Assembly: GCA_002709565.1 (NCBI GenBank) | Contig: PAPY01000030.1 | Coordinates: 50,844-114,843 of the forward strand | Reading direction: 5' to 3' | DNA from: Legionellales bacterium | GTDB lineage: Bacteria; Pseudomonadota; Gammaproteobacteria; UBA1113 | Length of the DNA: 64,000 nucleotides | Notes under the pieces: generated by a model | Databases searched by the model: none | What the model was told of the DNA's origin: nothing | Seen by the model: the letters and a program-made list of their open reading frames with translations, nothing else | Shown here: piece after piece, positions 8,916 to 20,400 of the stretch | How the letters are laid out: every line of letters starts with the position of its first letter | How positions within the stretch are numbered: position 1 is the first letter of the stretch | Program-made: the position numbers and the translations under genes

Positions 8916-11198
8916 ATGAATATTTCCTGCTATCTCCTCATTGGTTTTGTCCTTAGCGCAATCCTTGCTTGGCGCAGGAGCCCTATCACTTCCGTACTGT
9001 TGTATACCTATTGGGCCATTCTATTACTATGGTCCATCAAGGTCATCGCACCGTTCACCACCGTCCCCATCATGTGGGTACCCTCGCTAGATATTCAGTT
9101 TAGTTACCATCTCGATGGTTTAAGTAAACTCTTCACCGCGCTTATCAGCGGAATTGGTATAATCGTTTTTCTATTCACTAAGATATACAGTCAGGCTGAT
9201 CCAGCAAAATACAAAAGGCTCGCCGCATTGTTGCAATTATTTGCGGTTAGCATGCTTGGCCTGGTCTTGGCCGATAATTTGATAGCGCTGTTTGTGTTCT
9301 GGGAGCTGACGTCTATCTCGTCATATTTATTGATCCAGTTCAATACCGCCAGCCACGCCAGTAATCAAGCGGCTTTCAATAGCCTATTTATCAGTGTACT
9401 GGGGAGCCTAGTGATGCTGGTAGGTTTCATTGAGTTACACAGTCTGTTTGCAACCTGGGAAATTAGCCAAATCATGAGCCACAGTATGACTATTGGCCAA
9501 CAACAGAATTTACATCTGTGCTTGTGGTTAATCTTAGCGGGCGTCATCACCAAGTCCGCACAATTTCCGTTTTATTTCTGGCTCACCGGTGCAATGCAAG
9601 CCCCCGCACCTGTCAGTGCTTATTTACACTCAGCCACGATGGTGAATGCCGGAATTTATTTACTTGCCCGTTTTCATCCACTCTTTCATTCCCTCGAGCT
9701 CTGGTATTGTGCACTCACCGCCATTGGTACTATCACTATGGTGCTCGCCAGCCTCGCCAGTCTTTTCCAAGATGATCTAAAAGCCGTACTCGCCTATTCC
9801 ACCGTCTTTGCCCTCGGAGCGATGGTATATCTATTAGGCGGCAGTAATGCGGTTACTATTGAAGCGTTCAGTATTTTTTTGGTGTTTCATGCTATCTACA
9901 AAGCCGGTGCCTTCATGTTAGCCGGTGTACTCGAAAAGCGTTACCACACCCGTGAATTACAACAACTAGCCGGCATAGGCAGACGCAACTGGCTTTTTGC
10001 CCTCATTGCCATCGTTACCTTTGGCGCCATGGCAGGGTTACCGCCATTCTTTGGATTCACCGTCAAAGAAATGATCTTTAAAGCAAAACTGTCAACTGAC
10101 ACGGTCTCATATGTATTAATGACGGTGAGCATTCTCAGTAGTATGCTGATTGCGGCGGCAAGCTTTCGGTGTTTGTTTTATTTCTTCAAGCGTCCCGCAG
10201 CCGAGATTAAATCACCCAGCAAATTATCCTTGGGACTGGTGAGCCCCCTGATATTGGCGACACTCATTATTATCATCACCTTGATCTCACAAGACATGGG
10301 AATAATTATTAGTCCCACGGTTAAAGCCATCTTACCCACCTCAACCGCTAGCTATCTGGATCCTAATTCAAGTGCGAGTTATTTATTAAGTCTCATGACG
10401 GTATTCGGTGGCATAGTCTGCCTACTACTGTATATCCTGTTGCGTAAATTCAGTAAGGTGAAATTTGGTCATATCCCTTTGGATAAGTACTTCGAGGCGA
10501 GCTTAACGTTAGTCTTGCAACTAGGACGCCAATTAACCCGACTCACCCAGGGACAAACAATAACAAATCACTTACGCATTATCGTTAGTAGCATTGCCGT
10601 ACTCTTGCTCGCAACCATTATTTCAGGACATCTCATTCAGGTGCATGCTGTCGCTAACCATCAGGCGACTAGCAACCTTCTCATTTGCAGCCTACTTATC
10701 ATGTGTAGTTTAAGTTTATTGCTCTCATGCCGTTTTCTTTATAACCTGATAAGTCTTAGTTTATTGGGGCTGGGGCTGAGTTTGTTCTTTGTCACTAAAG
10801 GAGCTGTTGATGTTGCCATTGCTCAACTATTGGTAGAAGTGCTCAGTGTTATTATTCTGCTGCTTGTACTGCGCCGAGTTGATCTTAAAGCCGTTAAAAC
10901 CAATAAATCAAACCGTATTATCAATGGTGTGATTGCATTGTTATTTGGCATGGTCGTCACTGAGCTTATGTTAGCGACACGTTCTATCAACGTTGACGCC
11001 AAGTTACAAAATTATTATATCGATAATAGTTTATTGCTGGCCCATGGCAGAAATATTGTTAATGTAATTCTGGTGGATTTTCGATCATTAGATACCTTTG
11101 CTGAGGCTATTGTTATTGTAGCTACCGCTATCGGTGTCTCTTTGCTACTAAAACAGGTATTAACTACCAGGGGTCAATCTCATGTCGATAATACTTAA
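8916..11198 (+). CDS. mnhA: Na+/H+ antiporter Mrp/Mnh subunit A (fused MrpA/MrpB-like)
   Basis: 760-aa polytopic NuoL-like protein, first of seven overlapping genes with Mrp subunit sizes. Confidence 0.85.
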   Translation: MNISCYLLIGFVLSAILAWRRSPITSVLLYTYWAILLLWSIKVIAPFTTVPIMWVPSLDIQFSYHLDGLSKLFTALISGIGIIVFLFTKIYSQADPAKYKRLAALLQLFAVSMLGLVLADNLIALFVFWELTSISSYLLIQFNTASHASNQAAFNSLFISVLGSLVMLVGFIELHSLFATWEISQIMSHSMTIGQQQNLHLCLWLILAGVITKSAQFPFYFWLTGAMQAPAPVSAYLHSATMVNAGIYLLARFHPLFHSLELWYCALTAIGTITMVLASLASLFQDDLKAVLAYSTVFALGAMVYLLGGSNAVTIEAFSIFLVFHAIYKAGAFMLAGVLEKRYHTRELQQLAGIGRRNWLFALIAIVTFGAMAGLPPFFGFTVKEMIFKAKLSTDTVSYVLMTVSILSSMLIAAASFRCLFYFFKRPAAEIKSPSKLSLGLVSPLILATLIIIITLISQDMGIIISPTVKAILPTSTASYLDPNSSASYLLSLMTVFGGIVCLLLYILLRKFSKVKFGHIPLDKYFEASLTLVLQLGRQLTRLTQGQTITNHLRIIVSSIAVLLLATIISGHLIQVHAVANHQATSNLLICSLLIMCSLSLLLSCRFLYNLISLSLLGLGLSLFFVTKGAVDVAIAQLLVEVLSVIILLLVLRRVDLKAVKTNKSNRIINGVIALLFGMVVTELMLATRSINVDAKLQNYYIDNSLLLAHGRNIVNVILVDFRSLDTFAEAIVIVATAIGVSLLLKQVLTTRGQSHVDNT

Positions 11199-11592
11199 GA
11201 ATTTCTGCTATCTTATTTTGCAAATCACGTCAGTATTGTCGATCCAATTTTTATTGCGAGGGCATAATTACCCTGGCGGCGGCTTTATTGGGGCATTGGT
11301 GGCCAGTATCGGTGTTATTTTTTATTTGTTGGCATTTAAACAGCTGCCTGAGTTCCTGATAGGTCGTTATCGGTATTTCATTGCTACCGGCATCGTGTTG
11401 TTTATACTGAGTATTACTCTGCCATTAGTGATCGGCTTAGATCCTTTAACGGGTCTTTGGCAAACCGTCACTATTGGCCGCACAACGATTAAATTAGGCA
11501 CACCGTTAGTGTTCGATACCGGCGTCTTCTTGGCAGTGTTAGGCGGATTTCTTTGTATCTTCGATAAACTGGAGATAGAAGCATATGGTTGA
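11182..11592 (+). CDS. mnhB: Mrp/Mnh antiporter subunit B
   Basis: 136-aa membrane protein overlapping mnhA. Operon position. Confidence 0.75.
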   Translation: MSIILKNFCYLILQITSVLSIQFLLRGHNYPGGGFIGALVASIGVIFYLLAFKQLPEFLIGRYRYFIATGIVLFILSITLPLVIGLDPLTGLWQTVTIGRTTIKLGTPLVFDTGVFLAVLGGFLCIFDKLEIEAYG

Positions 11593-11872
11593 ACTCACCT
11601 GCGGGATATTACTTGCCACTAGTTTGTATCTTATCTTAGACGATAGCTTATGGCGGCGTGTCTTTGGTATAACCTTACTGGGTAATATTATTAATATCAT
11701 ATTATTGTACTCAGGAGGACTTGAGGGTATTGCCCCAGCCTTTGTTTCAAGCACCGCCAAAATCGGCCTCTCTAATCCATTACCTCAGGCGCTTATCTTA
11801 ACTGCTATCGTCATCAGTTTTGGCTTATTGGTTTTTTTATACGTGCTCATTAAAGTGGTGAACAAGCCATGA
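11585..11872 (+). CDS. mnhC: Mrp/Mnh antiporter subunit C (NuoK-like)
   Basis: 95-aa 3-TM protein, overlaps both neighbours. Confidence 0.75.
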   Translation: MVELTCGILLATSLYLILDDSLWRRVFGITLLGNIINIILLYSGGLEGIAPAFVSSTAKIGLSNPLPQALILTAIVISFGLLVFLYVLIKVVNKP

Positions 11873-13356
11873 GCCAACTATTACCCATCACTGCATTATT
11901 CATTCTCCCTATCATTGCCATAATCGTGATGTTATTTTTTACGACTCAAGAGCAACATCCCCGGGTTGGCTATTATCAATTGCTACTGTGTACTTTGAGC
12001 CTGGTAATAACCGGTCTGCTGTTTTTGGGATTTGATAGGACGAAAGTCATCACCATGGCGAGTTGGCCAGCACCATTCGGCATTACCTTGCTATTTGACA
12101 CCCTCACTAAATTTATGCTGCTGGTATTTTCGTTCATTGGTCTTGTGATTAATTACTTTAGTTTAGGGGACCATCGGGTTGGGCGTAGTCAGTGTTACCT
12201 GTACTGTGGTTACTGGCTATTAATGTTGGGCATTACCGGTGCTCTCGCTACGGTGGATATATTTAATCTTTATGTCTGGTGCGAAGTCATTCTTGTCAGT
12301 GCGTTTATTATTCTGCGCAGTGATATCAAAGACAATACAAAACCTATATTGCACTATGCAACCATTAATATTACGGGCACCCTACTACTACTCATCGCTA
12401 TCGGCCTATTATATGCGAGCACTGGTCAACTTAATATGGCTGCGATTGCCGAAAGTATTCATCAAGACAATAGTGCACTTTGTATTTCTGCCATGGCATT
12501 ATTACTATTAGGTTTAGGCATTAAAGGTGCTATTTTCCCGCTATATTTTTGGTTACCCGAAGCTTATCCCAATACTAGCTCATCAGCCACACTGCTATTA
12601 TCCAGTTTTGTGACTAAAGTCATCATGTTGGTGATTCTACGTTTAGTCTGGTTATGGCCTCCCCTACAGGCGCAACCTTTGCAATCATTGTTCATCGCTC
12701 TCGCCTGCTGCACGATGGTCTTTGGCGTGTTTGGTGCAGCCAATGAACACCGAATGCGATCGATACTTTCGTTTCATATTATTAGCCAGCTCGGCTACAT
12801 CCTGTTGGCTATTTTCATTCCCAGCCAGTTGGCGATCGTCGCGGCATTGTACTTCTTGATCCATAATGTTTTTGTCAAATCCACTCTGATCATGGTAGCT
12901 GGGATCATTGAACAGCACTGTGGCACTGATGATCTCGGACGGGTAGCTGAGCTCCTTAAGGCGTGTCCACTATTGGGACTCATTTGTTTCATTGCCGCCA
13001 TGTCTTTGGCGGGGATACCGCCACTGTCGGGTTTTTGGGCTAAATTGTTGGTTCTTATTGTCAGTTTTACAACCCAACATTATGCTGCAGTCATATTTGC
13101 GATTATTGTTAGCTTATTGACGCTGTATTCGATGATTAAAATCTGGCGTTATGGTTTTTGCCAAGCGAATGAGACGGCTAACATTGCCAGCAAGCCATTT
13201 CAACTCACGACTCGTCAAACTATTTCACTTATTGGATTATCAATTCCAGCTGTCGTGATAGGCCTGTTGCCGATCGTCATATTTCCGGTGTTAGAGCGAA
13301 TTGCAGCACAACTCACTGATACAACCCATGTCATTAATTTGATATTAGGAGGCTAA
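11869..13356 (+). CDS. mnhD: Mrp/Mnh antiporter subunit D (NuoM/N-like)
   Basis: 495-aa polytopic protein with NuoM-like TM core. Confidence 0.85.
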   Translation: MSQLLPITALFILPIIAIIVMLFFTTQEQHPRVGYYQLLLCTLSLVITGLLFLGFDRTKVITMASWPAPFGITLLFDTLTKFMLLVFSFIGLVINYFSLGDHRVGRSQCYLYCGYWLLMLGITGALATVDIFNLYVWCEVILVSAFIILRSDIKDNTKPILHYATINITGTLLLLIAIGLLYASTGQLNMAAIAESIHQDNSALCISAMALLLLGLGIKGAIFPLYFWLPEAYPNTSSSATLLLSSFVTKVIMLVILRLVWLWPPLQAQPLQSLFIALACCTMVFGVFGAANEHRMRSILSFHIISQLGYILLAIFIPSQLAIVAALYFLIHNVFVKSTLIMVAGIIEQHCGTDDLGRVAELLKACPLLGLICFIAAMSLAGIPPLSGFWAKLLVLIVSFTTQHYAAVIFAIIVSLLTLYSMIKIWRYGFCQANETANIASKPFQLTTRQTISLIGLSIPAVVIGLLPIVIFPVLERIAAQLTDTTHVINLILGG

Positions 13357-13358
13357 AG

Positions 13359-13838
13359 ATGAGAAGATTTTGGGGGGCAATATTATTATTGGTAATTTGG
13401 TGCGGGATCAGTAATAGCTTTAGTATTATAAATATTGCATGCGGTATCATTGTTGCGATAGTCATACAACAACTAGTGATCCCAGGCAAGTTAAGTTTTA
13501 GCTTAAATCCATTTGCATTAGTGTATTTGCTGATATATGTTATTTATGAACTACTCATCTCTAGTATTGAAGTTGCTTGGGAAGTTATAACCCCTAAGAA
13601 GCGAAGTCAGTCTGTCATCATCAAGCTCCCCCTTGATTGTCAATCTGCAGCACAAGTCAGTCTATTAGCTAATATTATTTCACTAACACCAGGCACACTA
13701 GCTGTAGAGCTTGAAGAAGATAACCATGCACTGATAATGCACGTAATGTTTGGTCAAAATGAAGAAAAATTTATTAAAACCGTCAAAAAACAAATGGAAC
13801 CCCTGGTAATGAAGGTATTAAGACATGACCCACTTTAG
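13359..13838 (+). CDS. mnhE: Mrp/Mnh antiporter subunit E
   Basis: 159 aa, operon position. Confidence 0.7.
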   Translation: MRRFWGAILLLVIWCGISNSFSIINIACGIIVAIVIQQLVIPGKLSFSLNPFALVYLLIYVIYELLISSIEVAWEVITPKKRSQSVIIKLPLDCQSAAQVSLLANIISLTPGTLAVELEEDNHALIMHVMFGQNEEKFIKTVKKQMEPLVMKVLRHDPL

Positions 13839-14109
13839 TATACTCCCGTTATATACAGCTATTTCAATATTGGCACTAGCAACGCTAATAGCTTTAGCAT
13901 CGCTTGTTAAATTTGACTCTGTACTATTGAAACTTGTGGCTCTCGAGGTATTAACCAATATCCTCCTGGCAGGTGTTGCGCTATGGGCATTAGTATTTGC
14001 CAAGCCGGTCTTTATTGATCTATGTCTCACATTAGCCTTGATCATGTTTCTTGGGGTTGTCGCCTACTTTCAGCACTTATCTGATGACGACAAGGAGACA
14101 TCACAATGA
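13825..14109 (+). CDS. mnhF: Mrp/Mnh antiporter subunit F
   Basis: 94-aa 3-TM protein, overlaps mnhE and mnhG. Confidence 0.7.
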   Translation: MTHFSILPLYTAISILALATLIALASLVKFDSVLLKLVALEVLTNILLAGVALWALVFAKPVFIDLCLTLALIMFLGVVAYFQHLSDDDKETSQ

Positions 14110-14393
14110 TATCACTTATCGGTAATAGTATGATTCTTATTGGGGCTCTCTTTATCTTGATTGCAACCATTGGCTTATGGCGGATGCCGGATATTTACCT
14201 CAAGATGCATGCCGCCACCAAAGCCGGCACCCTCGGTTGCGGATTGATTCTATTAGGGGTTGGCATACAACTGGAAAATCTTCACAGCTTAACCGAAATC
14301 ATCTTATTGATATTCTTTGTTGCCATAACTAATCCGCTCAGCGCCCATTTGATTGGGAAGTTGTATTATTCAGATCCTAGTAAGGGTCAATAG
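14106..14393 (+). CDS. mnhG: Mrp/Mnh antiporter subunit G
   Basis: 95-aa membrane protein, last gene of the mrp operon. Confidence 0.7.
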   Translation: MISLIGNSMILIGALFILIATIGLWRMPDIYLKMHAATKAGTLGCGLILLGVGIQLENLHSLTEIILLIFFVAITNPLSAHLIGKLYYSDPSKGQ

Positions 14394-14494
14394 GCTAATG
14401 TTACTAGCAAAAATTTCCGACTAGTTATATAGACATTAGACTGTAGTGCAGGTCTCACCCATCACTTTTTTATAGCATATCAGATACCTGGTTA

Positions 14495-17400
14495 TCATCT
14501 TCCAGAAGCCCCTGGTGACTGTTGTCTATCAGGTGAATGCACTCTATCATGAAGGTCTTGCAGTTGTGCTAATAATAGATTGCCATCTATTTCAGCATTC
14601 TGAATCAAGCTTTGGTAGTGCCTACGATTATAGGTTACAAAGATTGGGCTAGTTAGTGGATTGTGGTTATATGGAGTTATGACATCCTCAATAGTTCGGC
14701 CAATTCCGATACGACCCTTATGATGAATCGCTATTTGTCTACCTGTCATTTCACTTAAAGCAGATAATACTATCTCACCAGCCCAGGCCTCTGGTTGCCG
14801 TAGTAGGTCGACAAAGTGCTCAAAACTTTGCACTTCAACACCGTATTGGCCATTTCCAAATCTCACGGGTTCACCACCAACAGCTTGGTTTTCATACAGC
14901 TCCGGATGTGCTTCGATATAGTCTACAACGCGGTTTCGAAGATCACGCTCTCTAAAGTTAAATTCTAGATGTGGCTCAAGCGCATCGAATAGACAGTTGC
15001 CAAGTTTTTGTGTGAAGTCCGCACGAATTAACCCAGGATGCGGCTCAACAGCGACTACTCTCTGAAATGGCTGAGGGTCAGCAAAGAAGGGAGGGGGAGC
15101 AGCGTCTTGTGAGGAGCTAGTTGACGATGGCTGTGATACCGGATCTGGCTTAACAATATCATAGCTGAATAGCCGCTTTAGCTCCTTGAATCGTGGGTCA
15201 GACTTTTTGGTTTTCGATGTCCCACTCACTGAAGCAACATTAGCCGTGGAAGGCATCTTACGTTTTGATACAGGCTTATCCAAGGGGGCTGAGGAAGTAT
15301 CTCTTGTTGTCGGTTGTGCTGGACCCTTATTATCAGATGACAGACTCCTATCAGCAGGAACAGGCGCTTTAAAAAAGCCTTGCGCTGGTCGCGTAGCCGT
15401 TGCATGCGGTCTCTGACGTTTTGGTACAGACATGTCCGAGGAAGCTGGAGACACGATGCTTGCTGATGATTGGGCTGACTGCCTATCACGGGATGTCGAA
15501 CTGATTAATTCATCTGCAGCTTGCGAGATAACCTGCCTTGGCGGGTGAGATTTTAAACTTGAATAGTGTGTAACAGAAGGATCTTGACCCGCTGCTTTTC
15601 GAGCAGCAAAACCTTGAAAGGCCCGTGCCGGAGATTTTGCCGCGTTTGAGTAACTGCTGCCTACATGACTATCTGTAACGATATTAATATTGTCACCAGA
15701 AAAGCCATTATGAGTGAAAACATCTAGCAAAATGTTATACATCGAGTCATCGATCACCGGTCTATAATGACCGCTATCGGGCGATACCATATAGATGGTA
15801 TCAATCTTTGGTTGCGCACTTGGAAGTGATCGGCATAAAACAGTAATTTCAAATGCCATTATGACAGGTTTACCATTTGCTGCTGCGCCATGATTGACTC
15901 TTATGCCTTCAGATGAACGAGCTTCAAATAAGGTAAGCTGCCAATCAGCGGTTAAAACACCGCCATATCTTTGCTGGCCACGAGCAACATTTCTAAACTG
16001 TTGGGGAGTTAGGTAAGATACATCGTTAACTAGCGGTTCTCGACGTTGCTGTTGATTGAAAGGCTCATTAGCGTAACCATAAACCATTTCAAAGATCTTA
16101 GGATGTGGCGTATGGTATTTCTTATTAGCAAAAATTGCATTATAACCTTCTGCATAACGAATCAAGTCTAACGTGACATCAGGCGCTTGTGGCGGTTTAG
16201 CTTGAATGAAGCACTCATGTAATGCCTCTGGCGTCATATCAATCGGCTTCAAAGGTGGCGATTGAGCCATCGAAAGCACATTGAGCCCAGGAATTTCTCG
16301 CTTAGGTAGTTGATGTCTTTGAGTTGTTTCGGGTAATGGCCCACTCGAGGCTGGAGCAGGAAGTGACGTTTGGGGCTCAGCTACCTTGGAGTCAGATTCA
16401 GCTGATGATAATGTTGTGCTTTTTACTGCTTGTAAACCGATCGCTGCAATGCCACTAATAGCTAATGAAGAGCCCATTGTTGGTGGCTTCTGTTTAGTGC
16501 CATTTGTTTTAGGCAGTTCAGTTGTTGGTTGAGAAGACTCTGGTCTAACATTCATATTGATTGAGCGAGGAGCATAAGGATGACCGCTTGTTGGGACTCG
16601 CTCTGGAAATTGAACCGTATCGATATCAACATCAAATCCTGCCTCACGAAAAATATTTTCAATGAATGACCGCTGAGCTTCTCTCACATGCTTCAATCTT
16701 GTTGCATTGCGATAATGACCGGTTTTGTTATTGATACCGCCTCGAACATGAGAGATCACACCATTATGCACATAAACTTCTCCACCGAAGAAAATTGGGC
16801 GAGTTGCATCAGTCTCGTGTGTAGATGATGAAATTGCAAGGTCTGGATGTTTAATCTGCTCAAATCGCCATTCAGCTCTATGTGTTAGTCGATTAAATAA
16901 ATATTTAGTACCTGTATTAGTATCTACAAAACAACTATAAACCACCCCGTCGTGAGTAATAGGTTCAGCCCTAGTCATACCATTACGAGAATAATCACGA
17001 AAAATACCTCCATTTTCAATTTTTATTGGCTTACTGTATCGGGAAGATATCACAAGCTTTCCATCAGCGCGAATAACGTAGATGAACTTCTCTTTTTCTG
17101 TTTTACCATTATAAGAACGCGCCATTACCTCTTCAGACGTTAGCTGTTCAATTGGCGGGGATTTTGATAAATCAACGATATCATAGGTGATGCGATTCAT
17201 ATACAACGGAGGTGCATCTTGTAAACCATATTTAGCCGTTAGCTGCTCAACATTCACAATATCTGGGAATGCATGGACCGTACGACTGTGAAGCGGGGTT
17301 ATAGTTTCAGCTTGTTGTTGTGCATTTGGCTTGGTTGCAGCTTGGAACGTGCGAGTTAGCGTTGGATTTTGTAGCGTTTGCTTGCCATGCTCACTAACAG

Positions 17401-20400
17401 TGTATTTACCAGGCCTCGCTTGAGTTTTTGGCTGACTTAGTATACTGGATGGTTTACCTGGCGTATTGGCCAGTTGGGAAGCTGAATGTGAAGTCCAGTT
17501 GATTGCATTTGGCCCTGCGCTCTCATGTATCACAAAAAATCTGTCTGAAATAGCATATCCAGCTGATTCTGCACCTATGATTTCAATGACATCAAAGTTC
17601 TCGTGCATGAATCGTTGCAATGCTTTGTCTTTTGCCCAGTCAAAAGGAAAGATGCCTTTCTCATAATTAACTTCAGATGTACGTACCCTACTCGCGATGC
17701 GAATACGTGCATGTCGAAGCGGTTTGTCATCGGGGCTGGATATAACGCCTTTCATCACTACGCCTCGCTCACTAGCTGGAACCGCACTATTCGTCCGTGG
17801 CCCTGCATATTCCTCAGCAACTTGTTCATAGCCTTTTGGCGCAACATAGAGTCCTTTACCTCCACCACCAGAGCCAATATTCTCAGGACCTTCTAAAACA
17901 CTACTGACATACTTTTGTTTAGTACCGTGTGAAATTGACATATTATCTAAGTCACTCTTAGTTGGATCCACAGTTAGCGCACTGAGAACACGTTGCCTAT
18001 TGAGTGAAGGATTAATATCACTAATGGACGTAGCCGCCTCTAGAGCAGGGGCTGAAAAATGCGAAAAGAAACGTCTGCTTTGTGCATGTGAACGAATGCT
18101 ATCTACTTTTGCAGCACTATTAGATACGCCGATTTGTGCCACATCATCAAGAACGAGACGGGTCATTTCAGGTATAGCATCAGCAACCGCTTCAACACCA
18201 TATTTCTGAATTGCAGAAATGGTATAAGCACTACCCTCAACACATTTAATCATAGCTCTATCATATAGAGATAAGACTTCGCTCTGCCCAATACCTTTTA
18301 GCTCAAGTATTGCTTCCCCTGATCTACAATAACCCTGTATTACATATTCTATGATAGAACGCTGGGAATCGGAGTACATATGAGGGTAATTTCGATTATT
18401 CAGGCGCATTTCATCACAAGCATCGATAAATTCCTGGAAAGGCTGGAAAGCTTCAGGATTACCCTCGAGCTTAGCAAGATAAGCTTCATTGAATTTTTCA
18501 ATATTGCCAAGCTTACTAAAACGATGAAAATTTTCATGTTTTGAGATTGTCGGTTTTTCAGAATTTGCTTTCATTTGCTGCTCTATCGGCACATCACTAC
18601 AGAATTGATGAATAATATACTGTTTACCATCAGCAGCCCTATAAACCATTCCATCTGCATATGTCTCAGGAAAAGAACCCTTTGGCCTGACAAGTATAAC
18701 CACATCGGTATTATCACTAAGACCATACTTATGGCCATACAGAGGTCTATCCTCCAATGGCTTTAGTTCTGCGCCAGTACTATTCTTTATGTGAAATGCT
18801 ATTTCTTCTAATAGCTCAGGTGAAGCATTTGAGTAGCAATGAAAATCATTACTCTCATAGCGAAGAAGCACTTCATTGCCAGTATTATTCAGCATAGGAA
18901 TCTTCTTAAGCTGTATCGAAGCTGGCTTTGTCCTGGAAGGTACTGCTTCATTGACGGCTTCTGGTTGACCAGAGTAAGATTGAATTGGCTTGATATCACG
19001 TTTGGCCAAACTCGCTCCTGTGCTTTCTTGAGGCTCACCAAGACATTGTCTCACAATGCGCTGTTGTCGCAGCATCTGATTTCGCGCTATATGGCGCATA
19101 TACCCATAGTTAATACCATGAAAAGCGATGTTCATCGTAGCAAGAATTGCAGCGCTATTCGTAAACTCACTCAGTGATGGCCACTTTCCTTCATGGATAA
19201 TAGAAGAGGCACCAATTAGAACGGGTACTTCAATCGCTGAGCGTTGCAACATGTTTAAGGTTTCTGAACCGAACTTAATCGGTAGCATTCGTCCATATCT
19301 AAAAGGTGCCATTATCATATCCAGGGCAAGACCTTTTCCAGTAGCATCGAGAATAGATGTCCCGTATTGGCTGAAAAAGTCTTTAACATTACGCTCATCT
19401 GAAGGCGTCATTGCATAGTAATTATTCCAATAATCAAGCGTACTTATCAAGCAACTATGAGCACCAAATACAAGCGGATTATTTGCATGACCTAAAGCGC
19501 TAAATAATGGAAGCTCGTTGGCAAGGTGGTAAAGCCCCCAGAAATATTTAGTAAGCTCTGTTTCAGATTCTGAGAGCCTACTTAGTGCAACTTCCTCACG
19601 TAATTCAAATTCTCGCCTGCTAAGGTCATCCATATCGAAATAGGAGATAAACTTCCCAATTTTACCTGGTGTTGTCTGTGCGTGATGGAATGTCAATTTA
19701 TCGAGCCAATTATATTCACGCGTTGCCTCATCGAAAATAATAATTTCATCAACTATTCGCGTAAGATAATTATCGTTAAATGCTATAGGAGCGCGTAAGG
19801 CATCATCAACTAATCGCACAGCTTGTGAGGCTGATATCTCTGAGTTAGATAAGGTCCCTGCAATGGATAATAAAGAAATATATAACGCTTTCTTTTCTTC
19901 ATCATTTGCTAAAGCATAAACACCGATGCATTTGCCGAGTGGAAGGTCGCCGCCAAGACCCTGGGACAAATCTCTGAGAGCCCCACGAAATCTTGAATCT
20001 AAGCGCGACGCGGGAGTGTTATCCTCGTGTTGACGTGCCTCTACAAATGCTCTATCACCGGCTGATAGAATATCTAAACCACTGTATTCATTAGTATCAA
20101 CTAGCTCTGGTGATACATCTGATTGTTGTAGGATAGGCACTATTGGATGACTATCTATTTTATTTTCACTATTTAATACGTCCGTAGCCTCTTCTGTCCA
20201 CTCTGGATGCTTGCCAAGCTCACCTGGCGTCGATTCAGCTTCAAGCGTATCTGATGAATCACTAAATGGAAGTTCAATCATACGACAATTTTCTTCAACT
20301 TTTGCGACAATCTTTTCTATGTCATCGTAGTAATCAGTTAGTGAGCTCTCAATTGCTTGTTCTTGAGATAGGGTAACCGCTTGTCCTGTAGCACCAGCTA

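Noticed and set aside
14394..14494. Possible terminator between convergent mnhG and the giant gene
   Set aside because: No convincing stem-loop. Only a T6 run (about 14466-14472) without a preceding GC hairpin.
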